Assembly (NCBI GenBank): GCA_026770705.1
Contig: JANJGN010000026.1
Coordinates: forward strand, 33,108,001 to 33,172,000
Direction: 5' to 3'
DNA from: Isurus oxyrinchus
Lineage: Eukaryota
Length of the DNA: 64,000 nt
The translations under genes and the position numbers were made by a program. The notes under the pieces were generated by a model. That model made no database searches. It saw nothing but the letters and a program-made list of their open reading frames with translations, and was not told where the DNA came from. Each line of letters opens with the position of its first letter. Position 1 is the first letter of the stretch. Of this stretch, positions 25,220 through 38,540 are shown piece by piece.

Positions 25220-25891
25220 AGATTTATCTTGAATATCAGATAATTACTTCATAAGATTTGCCTGACCCTGAGCTCAATTTCAGAACAAAATTATTCAGCA
25301 AGTACCTGTAAAGTCCCAGAAAGCAGCGCCTGTTAATCGTGGATATTATTCCAGCAATTTAAATGGACAGCATGGTGTTTCACTCAGTATCTAACACAGT
25401 AACCCATGTTACATCTGCCCTCAGATTTTGGAGGGAACATTACTCTGTATTTAACGTGTGCTACACAAGACCTGGGGAATGTTCAATGGTACAGTGTAAA
25501 GGGATCCTTGTTCTATTTATATCCTGTGTTGCGCCTTACCGAGGAATGTTTGATGCAGACAGATTGATGGGACTTTATTCTCCGTATAATCAGTGCTTTA
25601 CCTGTCCAAGGCGAGGTTGCTGGGATGGGATTTTACTCTGTATGTAACTGGCAATGTACCTGCACTGAGAATTTTAAATGGAACATTTGAGAGGGAATAT
25701 TACTCTGCTTCCAATCCGTGCCTGTACCTGCCCTGCGAATGCTGTACGAGGATCTTTACTTTATGCAGTGGCAGCTTATTTCGATACTTAACCTATTCTT
25801 TACAAAGACATGAGTACTGACAGTTTGGTGTATTATTACTCTCTCTGAGACTCACAGTGATGTGGAGCAATCTCACCACCGTGCAAAAACT
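25220..25891 (+). pseudogene. TCR V pseudogene split by satellite, with near-consensus 23-RSS
   Basis: 3' end DSLVYYYSL*D (cf. DSAVYYCALRD) then CACAGTG (25853)-23-GCAAAAACT (25883-25891); weak LTLS / YL*SPRK relics at 25260-25330. Confidence 0.7.
25370..25765 (+). repeat. Degenerate ~60-bp tandem satellite
   Basis: Recurring gaggga...ttactctgtat...gtacctgccctg units; related inverted array about 3165-3440. Confidence 0.75.
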
Positions 25892-26269
25892 ACCTTTGGA
25901 CTGTCACTGGGAGCTCCTGTCCCTTTGGGGTTGTATAGAATTGCGGGCAGATGTCGCCTCAATGTGCAGCCCGCTTTCAGGCGCTGAAACATACATCTAG
26001 AGGAAGCCAACTTAACCTCGGATCAAACTGTCACCCAACTGTTTTGAGAAGTGGTTGTGAAAACAAACTGCAGAATCCTATCATACCGATAGGTCGAGCA
26101 CAGCTTCAGTCTTCTGATCAGTTGTTTATTCGCTTAATATTTCATATCAGCTGGGAGAGCGAGGCCGCTGGCACTCAAGCGTCACTCAAAGCACGGCACT
26201 CGGCACAAGGCTAATGAGTCTAAAGCTGCCTGAAGCTCAGGGACCCACGGAGACAGCAGACTGACGTCA

Positions 26270-28765
26270 CATAGAAACATAGAAACTAGGAGCAGGAGTA
26301 GGCCATTTGGCACTTCGAGTCTCCTCCGCCATTCAATATGGTCATGTCTGATCCTTTATCTCAAAGCCATATTCCTGCTTTCTCTCCAAACCTGATATCC
26401 AAAAATGTATCAAATTCTTTGTTTTTCGAATATACTCAGTGGCCCGGCCTCCACAGTCTTTTTTGGTAGAGAATTCGACAGGTTGAACACCCTCTGGGTG
26501 AAGAAATATTTCCTCATCTCGGTCCTAAATGGCCTGCCCCTCATCCGGAGACAGTGGCCCCTGGTTCTAGACGCCTGAACCAGGGGAAATAGCCTCCCTG
26601 CATACAGTCTGTCTAGCTATGTTAGAATTTTTATACGTTTCAATCAGATACCCTCTCAATCTTGTAACCTCCATTGAATACAGACCAGGTTAAACAAATC
26701 TCTCCTCCAACTACTGTCCTGCCTTCCCCAGTATCAGCTTAGTGAATCTTCGCTGCACTCCTTTGATGTGAAGTATATCCTTTCTTAAGTAGGGAGACCA
26801 AAACTGCACGCAGTACTCCAGGTGTGATCTCACCAAGGCCTTGTGTAACTGTCGTAAGACATCCCCACTTCTGAACTCAAATCCTCTTGCAATAAATGCC
26901 AACATACCATTTGCCTTCCTAATTGCTTGCTGCACCTGCCTGCTTACTTTCATTAACTGGTGTACAAGAGCACCCAGATCCCTTTCTACATCCACATCTC
27001 CCGATATATCACCATTTTAGTAATACTCTGCCTTTCTGTTTTTCACACTGAAGTGTATAACTTCACATTTATCCACGTTATACTGCATCTGCAATGTGTT
27101 TGCCCACACACACGCAACTTGTCTAAATCTCCCTGAAGCCTCCTTGCATCCTCCTCACAACTCAGAGCCCCGCCCAGATTTGTGCCATCAGCAAACTTAG
27201 AAATATTGCATTTGGTTGCCTCATCCAAGTTATTTAGATATATCGTGAATAGCTGGGGCCCAAGAACTGATCCCTGCGGTACACCACTAGTGCGGCACAC
27301 CATTAGTCACCTCTTGCCACCTGGAAAAAGGCCCATTTATTCCCAATCTCTGTTTCTGGTCTGTCAACCAATTCTCAATCCAGGCCAGTATATTATCCCG
27401 AATCCCATGTACTTAAATTTTGCAGACTAGCATCTTATGTGGGACCTTATGACAAGTTATCTTGAATTACAAATACACCACATCCACTGGTTCTCCCTTA
27501 ACTATTCTACAAGTTGTGTCCTCAAAAACTCCAGTAGATTAGTTAAGCACGATTTCACTTTCATAAATCCATGCTGACTTTATCTAATTCGTTAGTGCTT
27601 TCCAAATGTTCTGTTACCACATATTTTCTAATAGATTCTAGATTTTCTCCACTATTGATGTGTGGCTAATTAGCCTGTAATTCTCTGTCTTTTCCCTCCC
27701 TCCTTTTTTAAATAGTGGGGTTACATTTGCCACCCTCCAATCTGTAAGAAATGCTTCAGTGTCTACAGAATTTTGGAAGTTGCCCACCAATGCATCCAGC
27801 ATTTCCAGGGCCAATTCCTTTAGTTCTCCGGGGTGCAGATTATCAAGCCCTGGGGATTTTTCAGCCTTTAACCCCATTCATTTTTCAACCACAACATTTT
27901 TACTAATACTACTTTTCTTCAATTCCTCCGTCTCACTGGACCCTTGTTTCCCTAACATTTCTGGGAAATTAGTTGTGTCCTCTTTTGTAAAAGCTTTTAC
28001 AGTCAGTTGTTATGTTCCCTGCAAGCTTACTCTCATGCTCCATTTTTCCCTTCTTGGTCAACCTTTTTCTCCACTTTTGCTGAATTCTAAACTGCTCCCA
28101 CTCCTCAAGCTTTCTGCTTTTTATGACAAATATATATGTCTCTTCTTTGGATCCTTCATTTGTCTTGTAAGCCATGGTTGAACTACTGTTATCATTTTGC
28201 GACAGAGAGGAATGAATAATTGTTATAATTCATGCATACGCTCCTTAAATATTAGCAATTGCCTATCCACTGTCAACACTTTCAGTTAGGTTCCTCAATC
28301 CATCTTTGCCAACTCGAACCTCGTACTCATCCAATTCCCTTTATTTAAATTCAGGACCCTAGTTTAGGATTCAACTTCTTCACTCTCCATAATACTGAGC
28401 AATTCCATCATTTTATGTCTGCTCATCCCCTAGGGACCCCACACAGCAAGATTGTTAATTAATCCTTTCTCATTGCACAATGCCCAGTCTAGGAAAGCCT
28501 GCTCTCTAGTTGGTTCCTGAACGTATTAATCGAAAAACCAGCACGTACATACTCCAGGAAACGCTCCTCCACAATATTATTACTAGTTTGGCTTGTCAAA
28601 TCTATATACAGATTAAAGTCACCCATGATAACATCTGCACCCTTATTTCATTTTCTCTAATTTGCTGATTAATGCATTCTCTTACATTCCCATTACTGTT
28701 TAGGGGCCTATAGGCAACCCCCGCCAACGTTTTCGGAGGCTTGGTGTTTCTTATCTCTACATAGG
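26270..28765 (-). mobile_element. CR1 LINE, ~2.5 kb
   Basis: SGVPQGSVLGPQLF, KFADGT, HLEYCVQFWSPY, KSPGLDNLHP; CATAGAAA tail repeats at the left end. Confidence 0.92.
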
Positions 28766-28775
28766 GACTGCAGAC

Positions 28776-28895
28776 TGACGTCAAACGGACTGGTGACTGA
28801 CGTCACAAGAATGCCACCGACTGACGTCACAGAGGAAGCGGGCTTCGGTCACGCGGACTTCAGACTGATGTCACATAGACTGCTGACTGATGACA
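28776..28895. promoter_or_regulatory. Tandem CRE (TGACGTCA) array, ~22-bp period
   Basis: Perfect sites at 28776, 28798, 28822; variants at 28866, 28888; another perfect site at 26262 beyond the CR1. Confidence 0.55.
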
Positions 28896-29879
28896 CACAG
28901 GCAACAAATTGCACTGCTAGCATCAGGGGTCATGGGAGTGAGTAGGCTGGGGATTGTGACGGTAATGGGAAAGATAAGGACAATCGAGCAGAAAGAGTAG
29001 TTATGCAGATCGGAATGAAAAGGGATGCATACACAGAGATAACAGAAATAAACATAATGTTTCTGATAAAATAAAACAACAAATTCTGGAAGAGAATCAT
29101 TGCAGAAATTGAATGAAAGAAAGATCTGAGCAAGACTAATGGAGGCTCCTGTGGGTGCATCCATTCAATGTTTCCATTGCCTCAATGGTGAAATGTTTGG
29201 TCAATGGTGTTGCTCAGCTGAGTAAGGCCTGCTCCATAGATCAGCATTATGCCTGTTCTAAATGTTTACTAAGGGTTCTGCTGTCTATTTCCTCATTAAG
29301 AAGGTCGCTGCTGCTGTGAAGTTTGGGTAACGGAATTGGCATTGTTCTGTGGAACACAAGTGGACAATGAGGGACTGAATGCGCTCAGCATGACTGACGT
29401 AAGGTGACGTAGACTGATATAGAACTAAAGGTACTAACACTGACTGAGGCTCGAGGACATAAAGACACAGGTTTCAGCAGGAAAACTGCTTGGACATCTG
29501 GGGGTTGTAATGGGAAGGAGGAAGATAGGGAGAAGCAAGCAGAACCGATGTGGAAAATTAGCCGAAAGAGAGGAATAATGAGACAGGTAAAAGGGAAACA
29601 AAAAGCAGGTTGAAATAAAATAAAGTTTTGAAACTGGCACATGGAAGAGATTGAATGAAAGGAAATATGAACAATATTTCTGAGTAGGTAAGTGAGCCAC
29701 GCCCTGGTGTATTAGCTCATTGCCGGTCTGCATTTAAAGAGTCGAACTCTGTTTATATTACAAGAGGCCCTATCTCAGTTATTACTACATTAGGACATGT
29801 CCATGTTTATATTTCACTAGGTCCTGTAAATTTAACCGAAGTAGGGAAATACTAAGTTAAGGCTGAAAGTGAAGGGTTT

Positions 29880-30530
29880 ATGAGTGTGTGTAAATATGTC
29901 TTTGAAGTTACAATGTTAAGGAAGAACCTAAAGAGTGTTCGTGATCCTTGTCTTTATTTTTTAAATAGAAGCATCGTGTACAAAGGCAAGGGAGTGCTGC
30001 TCGCCATCACAGAATACTCATTAGGCACCAAACGTTTTGTTAAATATTCGGCATTACATCTTAAAGAGAGAAAGGCCTTTCAGATGGATCAGAAGAGATT
30101 CAAAAGATTGATACCAAAGATGAAATAATTGACTTCTGCAGAGAGATCAAAGAAATGTTGATCTTCTTGCAGCTTTGGGGTTTAAGTGGTAATATGACAG
30201 TAATGCTCAAATACATGAAGTCATTTGGGACAGAGGGTGGAAAACTAAACAGACACATTTAAAGCAATTTGCAACAGCACCAAAATCGGCACAAGAGAAA
30301 ACGATGACCATGAATGCTCTGTCTCAAAAGGCGGTGCAAGCCGACTCAATAGGATTGTTTAAAAGTCAATTGGATAAATCAATGATGTGCAAACATTTGC
30401 ATGATTAAAAGAGAATTACACGAGAACTGAACCGATTTTTTTTAGCTCTTTCAACAATCTGGCACACATGATGAGCTGAAAGGCCTTTCATGTGTTGTAT
30501 TATGTGCTGCACTATTTTCTAATTCTATGA
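29880..30530 (+). mobile_element. Old CR1 3' fragment
   Basis: NRSIVYKGKGVLL...QKRFKRLIP. Confidence 0.65.
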
Positions 30531-30569
30531 TGAGACGACCAACTCTTTAAATTACCTTAAGCCTCTTTG

Positions 30570-31600
30570 CATTTGTTACTGCTCTCGCTCTTTCTCAGTT
30601 AATATGATGCTAGTCCCTGTGTCAGTCATTATGAAACAATACCATGACCACGCTGTTAAATTGCATTAGAAACCGTATCTGCTTAATTATGCTGCACAAA
30701 ATTCTGTTTATTGCACATGAGACTATGTATCTACTTATATTACATAAGCTTCCGTCTCAGTTATGACTGCAGTAAACCACAGCACTGAATTTGCTGCACG
30801 GGACCATGTCCATTTTTTATTATATAATGCAACTTCTTCTGTTACATTAGACTCTGTCTTTATTTATATTAAACTCGACCATTTATTTGACTATGCCATT
30901 TTTGACCATGTCTCTCTTTATATTAGACTAGACTACGTCGCTGTTTATATTACACTATAACCTGTTTGTTTATATTACACTAGGCCCCGCCTCTGTTTCT
31001 ATTAAACTATATTCCACCTCATGTCTGTATTACACTAGGCTTTATCCCTGTTTGTAATATGCAAGGCCATCTCTCTCTTAAATTGCACTAAACCCTGTCT
31101 TTGTTTATGTTGAACAGGACCACGTCTCTGTTAGTATTATACTAAACCCTATAACTGTTTATATTATACTAGGTCAAGTCTCAGTTTATATTCCAGCAAG
31201 CTTAGTTGTTATTGCATCTTTCTATATGCTTTTAAATTAACCTACACCCTACCGCGGTTATTACTGCAACAGGACTTGTCTCAGTTTGCAGGACATTCGT
31301 TCATGTTTCAGTTAACCTGACACTGGGACACGCTACGTCTCTTTCTTTTATATTTCACTTGATCTTGCATCCATTTTTATTATATACGACATTGTTTTTA
31401 TTCATAATAAACTAGAAAATGCGTTTGTTTATATCACATGAATGTCTTAGCCATTACCAGACGAGACACTGCCTCTGTTTAAATCATAACATTGGAATTT
31501 CTGATTTTCATTTAATAACAGGCCCTGCTGCTGCTTGGCTGTATCAGTTTATATCACTCGAGGCAATTTGTCATGTGTAACTGGACTAGGCCATGCCTCT
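30570..31600 (+). repeat. Degenerate ~30-bp minisatellite (gtctctgtttatattacactag-like)
   Basis: Recurring unit; same family at about 1400-1690, 51900-52110, 62590-62760 and 63420-64000. Confidence 0.8.
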
Positions 31601-33960
31601 GCTGGCCCATCGATTCTGCTCCGCCAGTCAACAAGATTATGGCTGATCTGATAATCATCAACTCCAATGTCCTGCTTATTCCTCACAACTCTTGATTTCT
31701 TGACAGGTTAAAGATCTCTCCACCTCAGCTTTGAACATATCTAACGGCCCAGCCTCTACAGGCTTCTGTGGTAATTAAGTCCACAGATTCGCTACCCTCT
31801 GAGAGAAGAAATTCCCCCTCATCTCTGTCTCAAATGGCGACTCTTTACTCTGAGATTGTGACCGCTGGTCCTGGTGTCCCACAATGGGGAACAATCTCTC
31901 AGCATCTACCCTGTCAAAGCCCCCTCAGGATCTTACATGTTTCAATAAGGTCGCCGCTCGTTCTTCTAAACTCCAATGAGTACAGGCCCAATCTACTCAA
32001 CCTCTCCTCATAAGAAAATCCCTCCATCCCCGGGATCAACCTAATGAGCCTTCTTTGGACTGACTCGAAAGCCAATATATCTTTCGTCAGATAAGGGGAC
32101 CAAAACTGTTCACAATGTTCCAGGTGTGGTCTAATTAGTGCCTTGTATAATTTAAGCAAGACTTCCCTGTTTTTATACTCCATTCCTATGAAATGAAGTC
32201 AAATATTCCATTTGTCTTCCCTATTACCTGCTGAATTTGAATGCTAGCTTTTTGTGATTTGTGCACGAAAGCCACCAGAACCCTCTGTGCTGCAGCTTTC
32301 AGTGGTCTTTCTCCATTTAAATAATATTCAGCTCCTCTATTCTTCCTGTCAAAGTGCATAACCTGACATTTTCCCACATTAAATTCCATCTGCCAAGTCT
32401 TTGCCCACTCACCTAACCTGTCGCTATCCATTTGTAGACTCTTTGTGTCACCTCACCACCTGCCTTCCCACCTATTTCTGTGCCATCCACAAACTTGGCG
32501 ATAGTACATTCACTTCCTCCTCCAAACCATTAATATATATTGTAAATAACTGTGGCCACAGCACTGATCCCTGTGGCACTCCACTAGTTACAGTTTGCCA
32601 TCAACAAAATGTGCCTCTTATTCCAAATCTGTCTTCTATTAGTTAGTCAATCTCTATCCATGCTAACATACTACCCACAATCCCTTGGGTTCTTAACTTA
32701 TTAAGTAACCTTATGCGTGGTACCTTAAGAAAATCCAAATACATTACACCTGCTGGTTGTCCTTTATCTATCCTGCTTGTTACCTCCTCAAAGAATTCTA
32801 ATAAATTTGTCAGGCATGATTTCCCTTTCATGAAGCCTTGCTAACTCTGCTTGATTATATTATGCACCTTTAAATCCTCTGAGCATCACTTATGATAGAC
32901 TTTAATATTTCCCCAATGGTGAATGTTAAGCTAACTAGCCTGTGGTTAAATGTTTATTGTCTCCCTCCCTTTTTGAACAAGGGCGTTACATTGACAGTTT
33001 TCCAATCCTCTGGGACTTCTCTGGGATCTAAGGATTCTTGGGAGATCAAAGGATTCTTGGATGACCAGTGTGTCCACTATCTCTGCAGCTATTTCATTTA
33101 ATATCCTAGGATGCAACTCATCACATTCAGGGGGGCAACAGCGTTTCGGCCCATTAGTTTCCTTAGCACTTTTCTCTGGTGATAATGATTGTATTTATTT
33201 CCTCCCCCCTCCCCGCCATTTTGCCCTTGATAATTTCATACCTTTGGAATGTTATTAGTGCCTTTTACCGTGAAGACTGATGCAAAGTATTTATTAAACT
33301 CCTCTGCGATTCCCTGGCTCCCCATTATAATTTCCAGAGCCTCATTCTCTAATGGGCCTAGTTTCACTTTGGCCTTTTCCTATTTCAAGTTCCTCTCCAG
33401 CCCTGAGGAGATGTCCTTAACCCTGGCACCTCGCACACAACACAGCCTTCGGGACACACGCTCACGGATACAGGGAACAGTATCTATCCCCCTAATTAAA
33501 CTGTTTCCTACCACTGCATTCAATTTTTTCCCACCATTTTAATGTTTCTCTCTACCACGGTGCCGTGGCCAGTTCCCCCATCCTCCCTGCAGCCCCTGCT
33601 CTCGTCCACACAGCTTGTAAGAGCCTCGTGACTCTTGAACAATTGCAGGGGCCGAGGTTCCTCGAACGCTACCCCCTGGGTCCACACAGCTGCCTCACCT
33701 GCAGTCACAAACTCCTGTCCTTGATCACAGACCAGATTGGAATTACCTAATCTCATGTGGTGTGACCAACTCCCAGAGTAAAGTGTCCAGTTAGCTCTCC
33801 CCCTCTCTGATGTGGCACAATTTCTGCAGCTTGGATTCCAGCTCCTCAACTCGGATTCGAAATTTCTGGAACTCTCGAACATTTAATACAGATGTGCTCG
33901 CTTTGAATCAACTTGGTGTCCAGCAGCTCCCACATGCTGCAGCAGCAGCAGCACATTACC
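31600..33960 (-). mobile_element. CR1 LINE with internal deletion (ORF1 and RT parts)
   Basis: LKLYKALIRPHLEHCEQFWSPY, GKSCLTNLLEFFEEVT; ORF1-like segment 33370-33960. Confidence 0.88.
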
Positions 33961-34113
33961 TGCCCTGCGATCAATATTGTATTTTATTTAATTTATTAAA
34001 CAATTACTCTGGTATCCCCGCTCTTTTCACTTGAAGAATCCCCCACTCTTTACATTCTTTTGGAATTAATTTTGTGGGGTGGAGTGCTGCTGAGAATGAA
34101 AAATGAAAGATAG

Positions 34114-34254
34114 NNNNNNNNNNNNNNNNNNNNNNNNNNNNNNNNNNNNNNNNNNNNNNNNNNNNNNNNNNNNNNNNNNNNNNNNNNNNNNNNNNNNNNN
34201 NNNNNNNNNNNNNNNNNNNNNNNNNNNNNNNNNNNNNNNNNNNNNNNNNNNNNN
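34114..34254. other. Assembly gap (N run)
   Basis: 141 N. Confidence 1.
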
Positions 34255-34628
34255 GGATAAAATAGTTTTTTGTGGGGTTAATTGAGTGATAAATATTGGC
34301 AAAACCTCTCTGGGTTCTCTCTATGATCGTAACCAGGGGATGATTTGTGTTCCATCTCAGAGGACAGTCGTGGATTCAGTTCAGAGTTTGATCAGGGAAG
34401 ACATCACCTCAGGCAGTGCAGCACTCCTTCAGTACAGGAAAGCCTGGGCGCTCAGCACTGGGGATGGGCCTTGCACCTCTGGAGTGTGGGGCTTGAGCCT
34501 TGGACTTTCCGATTCGGCTACGAGAGATAAAGTGGCACACACCAAAACACTCTAATGGAGAGGAAAGAATATGAGACAGAGACAGAAGATGAACCTTAAA
34601 GGGAGGATACAAATATTTTATTGCTCTT

Positions 34629-37261
34629 TCACCAATTAAATGAAGCAGTGAAGGTGGCGGATGGGCACTTCAGCATATTCTTCAACTGCTCTCCGAACTT
34701 GGTCTGGGTCACTGCATAGATGAAAACATTGGTGCAGGAGCTGAGAAGCTGGAGCATGTTGGTTGTCTCTTGAAGGATGAATTGCGGGTCATTGAAATCC
34801 AGGCCAGTGAAATATGCCTCACCTGTAATCTGCACGTAGATGAAATGTCCGACATAGGTGACCCACAGGAGGAGAAAGTTGAGGGAGATGACGAAGAGCA
34901 GGACAATGGACCTTTTACAGTTGTCCATCTCTGGATCTCTGTGACTCTCAACTCCCCAGAGCCTCCTGCGAGCTCTGCTGGCCGCTAAAATGTGCCTTAC
35001 GGTCAGTGCATTGAGCAGCAGAATGAGGAGGAACGGGAGGAAGGGGGTTAAGATGCGGTCAAGCCAGTCATAGACCTGCCAGATGGGCAATGTGTAATAG
35101 GTGGACTTGATGTTGCAGAACTAGGGCACCCCGTCCAGAATATACAAGGGCTGGTAGCTGAAGTAGAAAGGGACGCTCTTGACACAGCTCAGGGCACTGA
35201 CCAGTCCTATAACCAGTGACGCAGTTTTCTCACTGCAGTATCTGGCCTTCAGGCTCTGACAGCAGATGGCCACGAAACGGTCGATGGTGAAGGTGACCAT
35301 CAGCCAGACTGAGCCATCTCGTGTGGCATGGACGAGCATGGTGCTGACAGCGCACCCTGGGGTGGTGAAGAGGACACTCTCATGAAAGTAGATGCCACTG
35401 ATCCAGTTGAATGTGACAGCGGTGATGGTGACCAGGAAATCTGTCACCACTATCACCACCAGGTAATAGGAGATGCATTGGGAGAGCCCGCACCGGCCAC
35501 GGGATAAGATTATGATCGCCACCATGTTGACTGTGAGGGAGGAAAAGAGAGATATGTTACCGAGCTAACTCCAAACACCAGCTGCTACCTCATGCAACTT
35601 GTTAATAAAAAACCGTCCTCACCCGTGCCTGTGCCACCTCCTGACTCCAACCATTCCAAAGCCGTAACTGCTTGTTTGGCATCCAATTCTGGATAAGTGC
35701 ATATTTGATACAATTAAACATTTGAGAATCAGAAGACATTGCCTTCAATCCCCACTAAAAACTCTGTTCTCTCACCACTGAGTCCATCCACCGAGACTTG
35801 AGGCCCTTTACAATCTTGGCGACCTGTTTGAGCCAGAGCTGCACTTCCAAACGTCCTCCGCCCTATGATGATCATCTTGCACCAAGACTGGTCACTTCCA
35901 CATTTCTAATATCGACCACAATATCACACGTCTCAAAACTTGCCTTCGGTTAGCAGCTGCTCAAGGTTTCCCCATACATTTGTAACATCTAGATGCCAAC
36001 AATTGGAATAGTCTCTTGGCGTTCTCCCACTTTAGGTCATCAGTGATTTTAAACTCATCTGAAGCACTTGGTGGGGATATTCCTATTCACAGGAAGTCCC
36101 AATCATCCACCAGCCCTATGTTCGCCCACTTACATTGGCTCCCAGCCTGGCAACACCTTGAATTTAGTATCCTCATCCTTGCTTTCAAATCCACCCATAG
36201 CCTCGTCATTACTTACTCCAGTAACCCTCTAAAATCGTTTTGCTCACAGCCAATATCTATAATCTTGTGTACCCCAGAAATTAAATGTTCCACTGGCGGC
36301 GAAGTTGCCTTTTGCTGCCGTGGCCTTAATGTCTGGATATCCCTCCCTCAAATCCTTCGCCTTTCTTTCTTTCTACCAGACGATTCTCAAATCCTACTCA
36401 TTCGATGAAGCTTTTGGTTATCGGTCCTCATTTCTCCTTATGTAGTTGATATCAAATTTTGTTTGTTAAATCTGCTGCGAAGCACCTTACCTCACCACAC
36501 GGTCTACAGTGGTTGAAGTAAAAGCTCAACTCTAATTTCTCAAGTGGAAACGAGCGATGGGCAATAAATTTTGACCTTGCCAACGACAGTAATAAATAAA
36601 TATTATATTCTACTGCATAATAATAAATGAAAAATACTACTTCCTTCCAGAGGTGGCACTGCTGATTCCTGCAATTAATGAGTGTACATTTGATATCACA
36701 ATGCATCTAATGTAATTATTGCACTGTAAAGAATCAGTGTAAATCATTGTAATAAAATAAATGCACGACAATGATGTTTAATACTCTGTGATACGCCATT
36801 GCTCCATACAATGTTAAAAACGCTATAATGCATTTTATTACATTGGAATGAAAGCTAATGTTTAACAATGTAACGTAATACTGTCCATACATTTTCATAC
36901 ATTATACTTCATAATTCAGCAACCCAACGGACGCTGTTTCTATAAACTTGCACCATAGATCATTAAATAATATCTTGCGCTGTTACATCATGCAAGTGGA
37001 ATTCATAAACTATAAGTCACCGTAATGCAGTACAATATCATATACTGCACCTCTATACAGGAATACAGTTCACGTTCCTTAAACTCAAACAGCGCTGAAT
37101 ATTAAAAAAAAGCCCCTTCCCGAAATCTAAGGCACAAGTGTTCTGGCGACTTAAAAGAAAGTAAATAATTAATTTGGAGTCTATAACTTACCCGGGACAC
37201 TAATAACAGCGAGAACAGGATAGTAAATAGCATAGACAGGTCCATTCGCTGGCCCGTGCAT
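34629..37261 (-). pseudogene. GPR139/GPR142-like class A GPCR, two exons, single in-frame stop
   Basis: Exon 1 37261-37192 (MHGPANGPVYAIYYPVLAVISVP, GTAAG donor); exon 2 35530-34629 (NMVAIIILSRGRCGLS...FTIDRFVAICC...NVFIYAVTQ); TAG at 35121-35123; 324 codons in total. Confidence 0.9.
35780..36500 (+). mobile_element. L2-clade LINE 3' fragment
   Basis: SPMFAHLHWLP motif of the L2 RT C-terminus. Confidence 0.65.
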
Positions 37262-37744
37262 CTCCTTTCACAAACTAAGGGAATTCTGCAAGCTGTGAAC
37301 CTTAGCTCTGAGACGCTTTCAACTTATACTGGCTGAAACTCTCAAAGGGACAATTAGGTTAGAACATGCACCTTAGTTACAGTTCAGTGAACAAACAGAA
37401 GGACTCACGGTTTCATGCCTTCCATTTGTAACACCGGCCAAGTGGATGGTTCCATATCTTTTTGGGCGAGCTGCTGGTTGCCAATTCTGCGGCACAACTA
37501 CCTCTCCTTCCCGCCAAACCATTTCTTGGAGTCCTCATTAAGCAGCCAATAATTATAGATATGGTCCATAGACCCGATCTCTAAGCTAAAACTGTTTCTT
37601 CCCATCTCTACTATGTTCCCAAATAGTTTGTGTTTTTAAGAGTCAGGTTAGATCGTGTGTTTGATTGATTGGTAAGTATTTTGGTTCTTAATCATTTAGT
37701 GCAATCAAATCATTAAATTGACTTATCGCTGAACAATTTTAGAG

Positions 37745-38540
37745 AGACTGCCCTTGATATCAAGGCAGCATTTGCCCGAGTGTGGCAACAAGGAGCCCAA
37801 GCAAATCTGCAATCAGTGGGCATCAGGGGAAAAAGTCTCCGAAGGTTGGAGTCATACTTAGCACAAAGGAAGGTGGTTATGGCTGTTGCAGGTAAGTCAT
37901 CACAGCTCCAGGACAGTACTGCAGGTGTTCCTCAGGGTAGTGGCCTAGGCCCAACCATCTTCAGCTGCTTCATAAATTACCTTCCTTTCATCATAAGGTA
38001 AGAAGTGGGGTTCTGTTGAAAGGTCATGAGGACTCGAAACGTCAACTCTTTTCTTCTCCGCCGATGCTCCGAACCTGCTGGGTTTTTCCAGGTAATTCTG
38101 TTTTTGAAGTGGGGATATTGGCTGATGATTGCACCATGTTCAGCATCATTCGTGACTCCTCAGATACTGGAGCAGTCCATGTCCAAATGCAGTAATGCCT
38201 GGACAATATCCAGGCTTGGGCTGACAAGTGGCAAATAACAGGCAATGACAATCTCCAACAAGAGAGAATCCAACCATCATCTCCTTGATGTTCAATATCA
38301 TTACTATCACTGAATCCCCACTATCAACATCCTGGGGGGCTACTATTGATCAAAAACTGAGCTGAACTAGCCATACAAATACAGTGGCAACAAGAGCAGG
38401 TCAGAGGCTAGGACTTGTGCGATGAGTAACTCACCTCTGGACTCCCCAAAGCTTGTACACCAACTAAAAGGCACAAGTCAGGAGTGTGGTGGAACACTCT
38501 CCTCTTGCCTGGATGAATGCAGCTCCCACAACACTCAAAA
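37745..38540 (+). mobile_element. CR1-group LINE RT fragment with nested 95-bp insertion
   Basis: AGVPQGSGLGPTIFSCFIN; insert 38011-38105 flanked by duplicated GAAGTGGGG. Confidence 0.85.
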
